A DNA stretch of 64,000 nt from Rebecca billardiae RCC1528. Its lineage: Eukaryota > Protista > Haptophyta. The stretch covers positions 2,542,001 to 2,606,000 of the forward strand of contig OZ251225.1 of the NCBI GenBank assembly GCA_965240325.2, written 5' to 3'. Within the stretch, counting starts at the first letter, position 1, and each line of letters starts with the position of its first letter. Below are positions 9,372 to 20,180 of the stretch, in pieces. The notes below the pieces were generated by a model. That model made no database searches, was not told the DNA's origin, and saw only the letters and a list, made by a program, of their open reading frames with translations. A program made the translations under genes and the position numbers.

Positions 9372-12218
9372 TCATGGCGATGCAGAGTGCGTGGACGAGG
9401 ACGAGTGCGGTGACAAGGGCTGCGAGCTCGCGGGCGGCGGCGCCGTGCCGCTCAGCCGCGCGTCGGTGCGCGGCAGCGTGCTGCGCGCGATGCTCGCGGC
9501 GCGCGCGCGCGCCTTTGCCGCCGCGACGCTCGCCGAGTTGGACAGGCTGATGTACCGCCTCAGGTTGCGCTCGGTGGAGGGGAGCGGCGCCCTTGGCGGC
9601 GAGCCGGTGGCGCGCGCGTCGCTGATCTCGGTGCGCACCTCCGCCGCGAGCTGCTTGCCCAGCTCGACGCCCCACTGATCGAACGAGTTAATGCCCCACA
9701 CGAAGCCCTGCACGGCGGTGCGGTGCTCGTACAGCGCGAGGATCTGACCGACCGAGAAGGGCGTGAGCTGCGGCATCAGCAGGACGCTCGACGGGCGGTT
9801 GCCCGGGAAGGTGCGGTGCGGCACGAGCGACTCGCTCACGCCCGCCGTGCGCAGCTCCTCCGCCGAGAGGCCGCACGCAAGCGCGTCCGGCTGCGCGAAG
9901 AAGTTCGCCATGAGCTCGTCGTGGTGCGACACCTGCGCGCGAGGGCGCGAGCGGCGCGCGGCGCGCGGCAGCGGCGGCGGGGGCGGCGGGGGCGGAGCAC
10001 GCGGGCGGAGAGGAGTCGGCGGGTGCGCCGAGGGTGCACGCGAGCGCCGTGGCGCGGCGCGCGGCGGCGCGGGCGGAGGGCGCTCTTCGGGCCCGCACGC
10101 GCACCCTGTCCGCCTGGCCGCAGCGCGCCAGCGCGCGCGCGCGCGCAGAGGGGCGTCGGCCGCGCGCGGCCGCGGCGCGGCGCGCACCATCGACCCCTCC
10201 ATCGCCACCGTCTCGTGCGCCATCGGGTGGGGCGGCTGCGCGAAGCCGATGAAGTCGGCGGGCACGGTCTGGCCCATGTGCAGCAGCTGGAAGAACGAGT
10301 GCTGACCGGTCGTGCCCGGCTCGCCAAAGTCGACCTGCGTGCGCCGTGCGCGCGCGGCACGGCGTGAGCGCGCGAGCGCGAGCGCGGCGCCGCGAGCGCG
10401 CGGGCTGCGCTGCGCGCGCGCGCGCGCCCGCCGCGCGCGCGCCGCGCGCACCTCGCCGCAGAGATAGTCGGTGATGTCCTCGCCGGAGAGCGTGACGCGC
10501 TTGCCGTTCGACTCCATGTCCACCTGCTGCACGTGCGCCGGCAGCCGCCACAGCGCCTCGCAGTACGGGAAGATCGCGCGCGCGGAGTGGCCGAGGAACT
10601 CGCGGTTCCACACGCCCACCAGCCCCATGAGCACAGGGATGTTCTTTGCAAAGGGCGCGGAGGAGAAGTGCTCGTCCATCGAGCGGCAGCCGTCGAGGAA
10701 CTGGTCGAAGACGTCCGCGCCGAAGGCGCACGCGATCGGCAGCTGCCCCACTGACGACGTCACCGAGTACCGCCCGCCCACCCAGTCCCAGAACGGGAAC
10801 GTCAGCTCGTCGCTCACGCCCCAGCGCGCGGCCGCGTCGACGTCGCACGTGCACGCGGCGATATGCGACGAGGTGATCTGGTCGGGGCGCGCGAGGCCGG
10901 CCATCGAGTCGCAGAGCCACTGGCGCAGCGTGCACGCGTTGATCAGCGTCTCGCGCGTGCGGAAGGACTTGGACTGCGCACGCGCGCGATCGGCCGCCGA
11001 GGGCGGGCGCCGCAGCGCGCACGCGGCGTGAGCGGCGCGCGCGAGCGAGCGCATGCAGCGGCGCGCACGCGCGTCACGCGCGCAGACGCGCGCGCGCGCG
11101 CGTGAGCGCGGCGCGCGAGCGGGCGCGGCGCGCACGGTGACAATGACGAGCGTCTCCGCCGGATCGAGGTCCTCGATCGCGCGCGCCGTGTCCACCTCGT
11201 CGATGTTCGCGAGGAAGCGGATCTGCCGCTCGCCGAGCCGCGTGGCCAGCCTCGTCGCCTTCAGTGCCTCGTAGAGAAACGCCGGCCCGAGCGACGAGCC
11301 GCCGATGCCGATCACGATGATGTTCTTGAGCGGCTTGCCCGTGGCGCCGAAGTGGCGGCCGGCGCGGAAGGTGTCGGAGAACGCCGAGACGCGGTCGCGC
11401 GCCGCGTGCACGTCCGCCATCACGTCCTCCCCGTCGATCTCGACGACGGAGCCGCGGGGCATGCGCAGCGCGGTGTGCGCGGCCGCGCGCCGCTCGGTGC
11501 GGTTGATCTTCTCGCCGCAGAACATCGCGCGGATCTTCTCGGCGAGGCGCGCCTGCGACGCGAGCGCGAGCAGCCGGTCGAGCGTCTCGCCCGTCATGCG
11601 CTGCCGCGAGAAGTCGAACATCAGCCCGTCGTGCTCCACACATAGCGCCTCGGCGCGCGCGCGGTCGCGCAGCAGCTCGCGCAGGTGGACGTCCTCTAGG
11701 CTGCGCGCGTGCGCGCGCAGCTCGCGCCAGGCGGGGAGGCGGGAGGCGAGGTCGGTGGTCGAGGCGGAGCCGATCGGCGGCGCCGCGCCACCGCCGCCCA
11801 GCTCCTCCACGCCGTGCTCGGCGAAGTCCGCGTCGATGCCCGCGTCGAGCAGTAGCTGCCGGTGCCGCCTGCGCAGCGACTCGAGGTGCGTCTCGGCCTC
11901 GCGCGTGGCCTGAATGATCGAGTCGAGCATGCGCGCCTCGGACTTACGCAACGAGGTGAACAGCCCCTCGTCGGGCTCGTCCGCGTCGCCCTCGTCGAGC
12001 CCAGCGCTCGCGCGCGGGCCCCAGCCCACGCGCCGCTGCCACGGCCGCCACAGCTGCATGCGCGACGCGAGCACGGCCGCATGGCGCACGACGGCGGGCC
12101 GATCGGGCAGCGAGAAGCGCGGCCTCGCGGCGGCTCGCGCGCCCGCGGAGACTGCGATGCCGAGCCCGGCGCGCGCGAGCAGCAGGCACACGGCCGCGCG
12201 CACGAATCCGTGCGGCAT
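9372..12218 (-). CDS. GPI: Glucose-6-phosphate isomerase with N-terminal targeting extension; introns 10974-11135, 10335-10451, 9933-10187
   Basis: GIGGSSLGP, FWDWVGGRYSV, QQVDMESNGK, GEPGTTGQHSFFQLLHMG, INSFDQWGVELGK. Three GTGCGC..CAG introns fall where Arg/Ala-rich inserts interrupt conserved sequence. Start is ATG 12218 (signal-like) or 12269. Confidence 0.95.
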   Translation of the reverse strand: MPHGFVRAAVCLLLARAGLGIAVSAGARAAARPRFSLPDRPAVVRHAAVLASRMQLWRPWQRRVGWGPRASAGLDEGDADEPDEGLFTSLRKSEARMLDSIIQATREAETHLESLRRRHRQLLLDAGIDADFAEHGVEELGGGGAAPPIGSASTTDLASRLPAWRELRAHARSLEDVHLRELLRDRARAEALCVEHDGLMFDFSRQRMTGETLDRLLALASQARLAEKIRAMFCGEKINRTERRAAAHTALRMPRGSVVEIDGEDVMADVHAARDRVSAFSDTFRAGRHFGATGKPLKNIIVIGIGGSSLGPAFLYEALKATRLATRLGERQIRFLANIDEVDTARAIEDLDPAETLVIVTVRAAPARAPRSRARARVCARDARARRCMRSLARAAHAACALRRPPSAADRARAQSKSFRTRETLINACTLRQWLCDSMAGLARPDQITSSHIAACTCDVDAAARWGVSDELTFPFWDWVGGRYSVTSSVGQLPIACAFGADVFDQFLDGCRSMDEHFSSAPFAKNIPVLMGLVGVWNREFLGHSARAIFPYCEALWRLPAHVQQVDMESNGKRVTLSGEDITDYLCGEVRAARARRARARAQRSPRARGAALALARSRRAARARRTQVDFGEPGTTGQHSFFQLLHMGQTVPADFIGFAQPPHPMAHETVAMEGSMVRAAPRPRAADAPLRARARWRAAARRTGCACGPEERPPPAPPRAAPRRSRAPSAHPPTPLRPRAPPPPPPPPLPRAARRSRPRAQVSHHDELMANFFAQPDALACGLSAEELRTAGVSESLVPHRTFPGNRPSSVLLMPQLTPFSVGQILALYEHRTAVQGFVWGINSFDQWGVELGKQLAAEVRTEISDARATGSPPRAPLPSTERNLRRYISLSNSASVAAAKARARAASIARSTLPRTDARLSGTAPPPASSQPLSPHSSSSTHSASP

Positions 12219-12556
12219 CAGGCCGGGCTCTACCCCAGTCTCGTCGTTGTCAGTGAATAGTCCGCGCATTTGGCGCCGAGCCTTTTGCTCGGGCAGCACG
12301 CACAGGGCGGTCGCGCAAGCGTCAATCTGCTCGTCATTATTGGAAATCCGCGAGATTAATTAGTCCGGGGCCGGACTCCAGCCCAGCAATCACAGCTTGA
12401 AGCTTGGGCTCGCTTTCAGCTTTTGGCCCGCCCCGCGGCCGGGCGGGGCTGCTCGCCTGCTCCGCATCGGAGCGCGCGCGGTTGGTTGTCGGGCTGTTGA
12501 TCGGCTGCGGAGAAAGCGGGTGTTCGCCGTAGCGGCCGCGCTCGTCGACACGACCG

Positions 12557-13498
12557 ATGGGGCTCTTTCGCCGAGCACCGCCGCCACCGCCGCCGCCCGA
12601 CCCGTTGGCCGATGTGATGCGCTCGCTCGAGGCGTGGACGGGCCGCGTCCAGCTCGCGCAGGAGCTCGCCGCGCTGCTCATCGTCGTGCTGCTCGCGGCC
12701 GTCGTGCGGCGCTACATGCTCGGTGGTGGAACGAACAAAACACGCGCGCGCAGCGAGCGGAAGCCCGAGCCTGCGATGCCGGCTCCGGAGCCCGAGCGCG
12801 CGCCGAGCGCCCCGGCGGAGAGCCGCGAGCGCGCGCCCGCAACCCCGCCACCGCCCGTCGCCACGGAGAAGCCCGCGGTCGAGGCGCAGGAGCCGACCGA
12901 TGATTACCCGGCGCCACCCACGCCCAAGCAGATGGACGACCTGATGAAAATGCTGGAGAAGACGATCACGACGGTCAACCAGGGCGGCTCGATCCAGGCC
13001 TCGCCGGCGAGGCCTGGCGCGCCTCGGTCGAATGTCGCGCCGCCCTCCCGCCCCCTCACCCGAGGCTCGCTCAAAACGCACACGGCCCAGCAGCTCGACC
13101 ACAAGCCGAGCCTTGGCCCGCGCCGAAATTCCGCCGACTTGCGGTCAGAGGCGTCGCTCCGCTCGTCCACGACCACGGCTTCCGTACGAGAGACCCTCCG
13201 TCGCCGGCCCAAGGACCCCTTCCAGGACGCTGTCTTGCGCGCCACGGTTCGAGCACGCGCGCTCGCGCACGCCTGTCCTGCGCGCTGGCGGCGGGACTGA
13301 CTGCTGCGTGCGCCGCGCGCCCGCGTGCCACGCCGCGCGCAGATGATGGGTGGGCCGCCCGCCGGTGCGAGTGCTGGGCCGGTGAGCGCGCGCCGCCCGT
13401 CGGTCAGCGCCACCTCGGGATCGCGCCGCCCGTCGATCGACGCCAACTCGCGCAACGCTCCGCAGGGGCGCCGGCTGAGCTCAGCATCAGTCGCATGA
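12557..13498 (+). CDS. Hypothetical single-pass membrane protein, Pro/Ser-rich; probable intron 13247-13342
   Basis: MG start, TM segment LAALLIVVLLAAVV, coding-like codon use. GT at 13247, CTGAC branch-like site and CGCAG at 13342 give an exon ending at TGA 13498. No recognisable domain. Confidence 0.55.
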
Positions 13499-14130
13499 TT
13501 TCGTCGGCCTGTGTGTGGCACGCCTGGTCCAGTCAGCACGTCCGACCCGCCTCTGCGAGCTGCCCGGCACCACCGTGCGGGCCGATCGGGCGCACCAGGC
13601 GGGTGCGAGCACCCCGTCCTCCCCGGGCGACGCGCCGTCGCATCACGTGCAGCCGGTTGCACATCGGCATGTGCGCGCAACCGTCTACCAGCTGCTGCAG
13701 CGGGGTGGTAAGCTGACGGGATCAGGCGATTGGTGGCGACGCCGGACGCGCACAGACGGCGACGCGGTCGCGGGCCGTGCGGTGCGACCGTCGCGCGGAG
13801 CGTTGTCGACTGCGACCGACGGTCGCGCCGACAGAACTGGGGCTCCGACTTGCGCATCGACGGTGTCGTGTGGCAAGTCAGGGCACAACACGCTGCACAC
13901 ACTTATCCGATCCGAGACCCGTGTGCCATGCAGAGCAAGTAGCGCAACCATTCTGATTTATTCTGGATTTCTGCCGCCGATCGTGGCGACATTCGGGATT
14001 CGGCGCGAAAACTGGAACTTCACCCGGAATTTTCTGCTCGCGAGTCGCGGGATTCCACCGAGATTCATCAATACTTCCATTGATGTTCGGTCTTGATGAC
14101 AATGTTCCGATCACTCATCAATAGAGTCCG

Positions 14131-15507
14131 GTGCCTTCTGGGACTGTCCGCGGCTCCTCGCGCGGGCTGCTGTCGGGCGATGGCGGCTGCTGCCGGGCTG
14201 CCGGCGTGAAGGCTTTGTTAGGCACGATCCTCGTCAAGCGGGGTGACGCGCTCGCTGTACTCGCGCTGCTGATCGTAGCCGGGGCATCCACGGGCCCCAC
14301 TGCGAGCGATCCAGTGCATGTCGCCGTCCCCGCGGACGAGAGGCACTACCCCGGGCTGGTCGCTGTGATCAACTCGGCGCGGGCGCACACGCGCCGGCCC
14401 GGAGCGCTCGTGTTCCACGTGATTGTGCGCCAGGGCGGCGAAGTCGCGGCGCACGCCTTCCTCCGCTGTCGCGGGCTCTCGCTCTCCGATGCAAACGTGC
14501 GGGTGCACGGCTTTGACGCGAGCCGCGTGCGCAGCCTGGTGCGCATCCACGGCACGCCGGGGCAAGCCAACCTGTCGAGCGCGCTCAACTTCGCGCGGTT
14601 CTACCTCCCCGAGCTCCTCGGCTCGGTGAGCTCCGTCGTCTACCTCGACGCCGATGTCGTCGTCCTCGGCGACATTGTCGCGCTCGCGCAGCGCGTGTTT
14701 CCCGCGCTGCAGCCCGACGAGCTGGCGGCAGCGGTGGAGCGGCGGCATGACGGGCTGCGCCGGCATACCTTCGGCGCGCTGGCGAACGCGAGCGCGCTGT
14801 ACGAGCAGCGGTATCGCCGCCGGTTCAACCAGTCGCGCTACTCCTTCAACGCCGGCGTCTTCCTGCTCGACCTGGAAAAGTGGTCGGCGCTCGGGCTGAC
14901 GCAGGAGGCGGAGTGGTGGCTCGCGGCGCACGCGCGCTCCGATGTGCCGCTGTGGCGGCTGGGCTCGCAGCCCCCACTCAACCTGCTGCTGTACGACCGG
15001 TGGCGCCGGCTCCCGCGCACGTGGAACGTCGATGGGCTCGGCTGGCACAAGCACATGGACCCGCACGCCGTCAGCCGCGCGCAGATCCTCCACTGGACCG
15101 GCGCGCACAAGCCGTGGGCCCCACGCGGGGCGTTCAACCAACGGCTGTGGCTGCCGTTCGCTGGCCTCAGCCCGTGCGACGGGCGCGGCGAGTGCAGGGC
15201 GCAGGCCGACCCCGCACGCCCGCCGTGCCGGTGCGCCCCGCTGGACCGGCACCCGCTATGTGATCGGGCGGACCCACTGAGTGACGCGGAGCTCCGCGCC
15301 CGCGCCCTCCGACGCCCCACGCAGCCGCTGAAGCCTGCGCGCAACGCAACAGCGGGCGCCCTGCCGCAGAGGAGACATGGCCTGTCCCTTCGGCAAGCGG
15401 TGGCCAGCTTTGCTCGCGGCTGCGCGCTTGGCGGCGTGGGGTTCGCGATCATGTGGGGTGCGTTCCGCTGCTGCTGGCTGCCTTCACGCCGGCTGGCGCG
15501 TCGATAA
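14131..15507 (+). CDS. Glycosyltransferase family 8 (GAUT/GATL-like) with C-terminal Cys-rich and TM segments
   Basis: LNFARFYLP, VVYLDADVVV (DxD), FNAGVFLLDL, LGSQPPL, WNVDGLG, ILHWTGAHKPW. No in-frame ATG near the 5' end, so the start is unresolved. Confidence 0.85.
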   Translation: MPSGTVRGSSRGLLSGDGGCCRAAGVKALLGTILVKRGDALAVLALLIVAGASTGPTASDPVHVAVPADERHYPGLVAVINSARAHTRRPGALVFHVIVRQGGEVAAHAFLRCRGLSLSDANVRVHGFDASRVRSLVRIHGTPGQANLSSALNFARFYLPELLGSVSSVVYLDADVVVLGDIVALAQRVFPALQPDELAAAVERRHDGLRRHTFGALANASALYEQRYRRRFNQSRYSFNAGVFLLDLEKWSALGLTQEAEWWLAAHARSDVPLWRLGSQPPLNLLLYDRWRRLPRTWNVDGLGWHKHMDPHAVSRAQILHWTGAHKPWAPRGAFNQRLWLPFAGLSPCDGRGECRAQADPARPPCRCAPLDRHPLCDRADPLSDAELRARALRRPTQPLKPARNATAGALPQRRHGLSLRQAVASFARGCALGGVGFAIMWGAFRCCWLPSRRLARR

Positions 15508-16113
15508 GCCACGCGCCGCCCGACTGTAAAGCGCCGCGCCTGCGGGTCAGCTCCGACCTCGTCATCACAATACATATGCTGCAGTCGGGGTGACCCGCGG
15601 CCGCGCCCGCAGCGCCGGAGCGCCCGCCGCCCGGGTAAATGTTCCGGGACCGACTCAACTCGTCGCCTGGCGCAGCGCATCAGCAGTGGCGCAGCGGCCA
15701 GCGCGGCGCTCCACTCACCACTGCAGACTGCGCTGATGATGATGATGATGCTGATGATATATATGTATATATCAATATATGGCGTAGCTGACGCAGTCAG
15801 TTCAGTATTGACTCTGTTGACTACTGTCAGTTTATAGGTCACGTACTTACACTCGATCACTCTCTGTCTTACTCAGAGTCTTATTGAGTTACTCAGTTAG
15901 TCTAAGTCTTATAGAGCTCTATACCATTCAGACGGGCATTGCCGGGTTGCACCCGGCAATGCTGCATTCACCCCGGTCCTACCGGAATGCAGGGCTCGCC
16001 CCGCTGGCCGCTCCAAGTAGCGGTGCCGCGCCCGCACTGCGGCCACTTCATCGTCATCAAATATATTGCATGTATTCAGCATCGTCAATAATGATGATAT
16101 ATTATTCATGCAG

Positions 16114-16115
<2 letters not shown>

Positions 16116-16191
<76 letters not shown>
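16116..16191. repeat. (CT)n microsatellite
   Basis: About 75 bp of perfect CT repeats. Confidence 0.95.
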
Positions 16192-16193
<2 letters not shown>

Positions 16194-16458
16194 TCCCCTT
16201 TATTACGGGTTCCGGGTGATCAGACAGTGGCCGGCGGCCGAAGCCTCCCTGAGCCCTACCCTGGCCAGCCCCCAATTCCACTGAGGCTGCTGCAGATATC
16301 GCTCGGGCAGGAGCCTAAGTGGCAGGTGCCGGTCACCATCACATCGTCGGTCCGTCAGCGGTCGGTCACTCTCAGGCCAGGGTCCGGCAGTTCAAATACG
16401 GCGCGAGCAAACTCAGTAGGGCGCCAGCCCAGGAGCACTGGTCGGTGCCCGCACTAGT

Positions 16459-17520
16459 GATGGTATGGTACTGCTGCACGCATGGTTAATAACTTAATAT
16501 CATGGTATGGTTATGGCGGTACTGCTGCGCGCATGGTATGGTAATGCAGCATGGCCGTGTATGGTATGAGTACTGCTGCGCGCATGGTATGGTACTGCAT
16601 GGTACTGTATACATATGGTATGGTACTGCTGCTGTGCGCATGGTATGGTAGTATTGGTACTGACATGGTATGGTACTGCATGATGGCGTACGTACTGTAG
16701 CTATGGTATGCGGTACTGCTGCGCGCATGGTACATATATGGTACTGCTGCGCGCATCAGCATGGTATATGGTACTGCATGGTAATGTAGTATGGTAGGTT
16801 ATATGGTACTGCTGTGCGCATGGTATGGTACTGCATCATGGTACGGTGGTACTGCTGTGCGCATGGTATGGTAATGCCGCATCAGGCTGTATGGTAGTGA
16901 GTAACTACTGCTGCGCGCATGGTATGGTACTGCATGGTACTGTATACAATACATATGGTATGGTACTGCTGCTGTGCGCATGGTATGGTACTGCATGATA
17001 TGGTATTGCATGATGGTACTGTATGGTATGGTTCTGCTGTGCGCATGGTACGTACGGTGACCTAATGGTGCTGCAGTGCACGCACAAGTGGTATGGTCAC
17101 TGCACGGTACTGTATGGTATGTACATGGTAATGCTGTGCGCATGGTACCGGTATGGTGCTGCTGCGCGCATGGTATGGTACTGCATGGTACTGTATGGTA
17201 TGGTACTGCTGTGCGCATGGCAGTAGTATGGTACTGCATCATGGCATGGTACTGCTGTGCGCATGGTATGGTACCGTGGCATCATGGTATGGTACTGCTG
17301 TGCGCATGGTACTTGGTACTGCATGGTATGGTACTGCATGATGGTACTATGTTGGATGGCGTTAATCACACCTTAACCAAGTGTGCACGTTAAATCATAG
17401 TAAACTGTATCATGGTATGCAGGTGCTGCGTCTGCTGCGCGCATGGTATGGTACTGCTGTGCGCATGGTATGGTGCTGCATGGTATGGTATGGTACTGCA
17501 TCGTATGGTACTGCGCGCAT
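16459..17520. repeat. Degenerate minisatellite built from ATGGT/ACTGC pentamers (unit about ATGGTATGGTACTGCTGTGCGC)
   Basis: Dozens of directly visible variant copies. Confidence 0.9.
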
Positions 17521-18259
17521 GCACATCGATCATGCGATGTACCGAGCTGACAGCATGATGCGCATCATGCGACGATTGTCGTGTACCGAGCTGACCGAGC
17601 ATGATGTGAGCTCATGGCAGTCAGCACCACCACCATCTGCTACTACTGTCCTACCACTACAACGCCAGTCTACCGCCATCAAGCTGTTCCGACCACCACC
17701 ACCTACTACTTCCACCGCCGCCACCACCGCCACCACCATCACCACCACAACGCCTGAAGGAGGAAGCAGACCGACACTAGGCTTGAAGGCCCGCCCGCAC
17801 GCGTGCGGTGCGCGCGGCTGCGGTTGGCGCTTGGATCAGTCGGGCGGCAGGGGCGAGATTGACGTACGATGCAGCAGCTTCTGAAGCTGCTGCTTCCTCC
17901 TTCCGTCGAGCTGCTGTCTGAAGGAGGAAGCAGCACTGCGCGAAGCAGCCTCAGGCAGCAAACACTAATAAGCGTTTCACAGAAACGCGCGCGCGGGGCG
18001 AGGAGCGGCGGTCGCGGCGCGGGGGTCGGAAGGACAGCCGGGGCGGAATTCACGTATGAGGGGCACTCGTCACTATGCCGCATGCGCATCGGCACTAACC
18101 ACGCGCCGCCTCCACTGGGGTGTCCGCGGTCGCAGGAGCGTGCGCCTCGCGAGCAGGCGCCGCGTCAACGCGGCGGCACAGGTCCGGAACGTGCCGGTTC
18201 CGGTCCGTTGAGCAGGTATGATAGAGAGCAGTGCACGCTATGCGAGTAATGAGTTGCGC

Positions 18260-18890
18260 ATCCGTGCACCACTCGGCAAATAATACAGGTGAACTGGAGG
18301 GTTGCACCAAAGTTGCACCACCACTGCTGCACCACTCCGAACCGAATACATCAGACGATGAAAGGAGGGGTGCACTTGTTGGGTGCACGACCACTGCTGC
18401 ACCACTCCGGATGATACAGATGATGAGATGAAAGGAGGGGTGCACCAGCACCGCACTCCGTGCACCACTCCAAATACAGATGAAAGGAGGGTTGATGCAT
18501 CACCACTGCTGCCCACACCGAATAATACATCAGACGATGAAAGGAGGGGTGCACTTGTCGGGTGCACCACGACTGCTGCACCACTCCGGGTGATACAGAT
18601 GAAAGGAGGGGTGCACCAGCACCGCACTCCGTGCACCACTCCAAATAATACAGATGAAAGGAGGGTTGATGCACCACCACTGCTGCACCACTCCAGACGA
18701 TGAAGGAGGGGTGCACTTGTTGGGTGCACCACCACTGCTGCACCACTCCGGATGATACCATACAGATGAAAGGAGGGGTGCATGCACCACACTCCGTGCA
18801 CCACTCCAAATAATACAGATGATGAAAGGAGGGTTGATGCACCACCACTGCGTCTGCTGCACCACTCCGAATACAGATGAAAGGAGGGGT
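18260..18890. repeat. Higher-order tandem repeat: 10 copies of GATGAAAGGAGGG in an A-B-C cycle of about 170 bp
   Basis: Core motif at 18357, 18427, 18479, 18536, 18598, 18653, 18699, 18765, 18821, 18876. The sequences between cores recur every third unit. Confidence 0.85.
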
Positions 18891-20180
18891 GCCGACTCGG
18901 CTCAAACTCGATGATCTCGAATTGCAAGGCAGTGCACTGCTGGTACCTGGGACCACCCCACAGTGTTGGGCTTGTATGCTGTCGGCAATGGCATACCCCC
19001 GCCCCCTCTGGAGGCGGGCTGTCCACAGCGGAGTGGTGTCAAGGCACTTGGTGTATCGGTCAGTGGTTCGAGGTTGGGTGAGGGTGGTGGTTGGTTGGGG
19101 GCTGGCCAGGGTAGGGCTGGAGGCTTCGGCCGCCAGTCTGATCACCCGGAGCCCGTTATAAAGGGGAATTTAAAAGGTGCACGACTTACTTACTGATGTA
19201 CCGGTCCGTGTTCATTACTTACAACAAAACTTGCGATGCGGTACCACCCGGTCGGTACCCTCACTTTGCACGGAAAACCGTTGGCACCAATTGGGATCTG
19301 ACCGAAACTGTATTCCGTGGGATACTTACTGGAAGGCCATCAATCTTGTAGGAATCACCGGACTACGCGTGTCCTACCGGAAAACTCGCTCCGCTCGCAT
19401 TGGTTGTTCTTACCGAACACCAATGCGAGCGGGGCTCGCGATTATGTCGCACTATATATATATATATGTGACTGAGCACTGTGACTCGGCTCTGTCACTG
19501 ACCGGTCTGACGACGACTGCAGACAGTGCAGTCTGCAGTCGCAGACTCTGAGTCTGAGTCTCTGCCCGCCGCAGTGCCCGCACGCCCGCGCCGGACCGTG
19601 ACCGTCAGTAAGTAAGCCGTACTACCGACTCTGTACTCACCACACCACTCACCAGTGGCAGTGACCAGTCACCGTCACGAATTCGGAATATTGCGCCGCC
19701 TATACTCGTCGATTATTCGTCGTCATCACTCGACTACGCCGCGCCACGACCACGGTCTCACTGTGACGACCGGGCCGCTGATGCGGCGACGCCCATCACG
19801 CAGAGCCCCGTCGACGGTCACAGTGCCCGGCGCACTACCGGCTCGGCCTCGCCAGACGTGCTACAAGGATCGTGACTCGTCACTCGTAGTCGTACGAGTG
19901 AGGCGGCGCGGACGGGTCACGGGTCCGGCCCCGGCGACAGCTGGATCGGGATGCCGCCGCCGCCGTTGCCCCGGCCAGCGGCCAGCCGGCCATCAATCAC
20001 ACCCATCAGCCCAGTCGCCGCACTGCCCGTGGTGCCAACGGGACGACCGAATGCGTAGCCTGCCGACACCGCGGATGCGTGGCCGCTCGGCAGACGCTGT
20101 CACGATGCCTCAGGCGCAGTAGGTCGCCATCGGAGCACGCGCACATCCGCCGCGTGAGTGTGTGCTCGCCTGCTCGGCGC

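Larger units (their letters stand above)
16192..19169. mobile_element. Non-autonomous ~3-kb element with ~85-bp imperfect terminal inverted repeats enclosing satellite arrays
   Basis: Left end ATTCCCCTTTATTACGGGTTCCGGGTGATCAGAC..GGCGGCCGAAGCCTCC..AGCCCTACCCTGGCCAGCCCCCAA (16192-16276) is the reverse complement of about 19095-19169. No transposase recognised inside. Confidence 0.8.

Noticed and set aside
16486-17393. Tyr/His/Met/Cys-rich ORFs
   Set aside because: Translations of the pentamer minisatellite.
18260-18890. CRISPR-like array (regularly spaced GATGAAAGGAGGGGTGCAC)
   Set aside because: The spacers are not unique and cycle A-B-C, there are no cas genes, and the context is eukaryotic. 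It is a higher-order tandem repeat.
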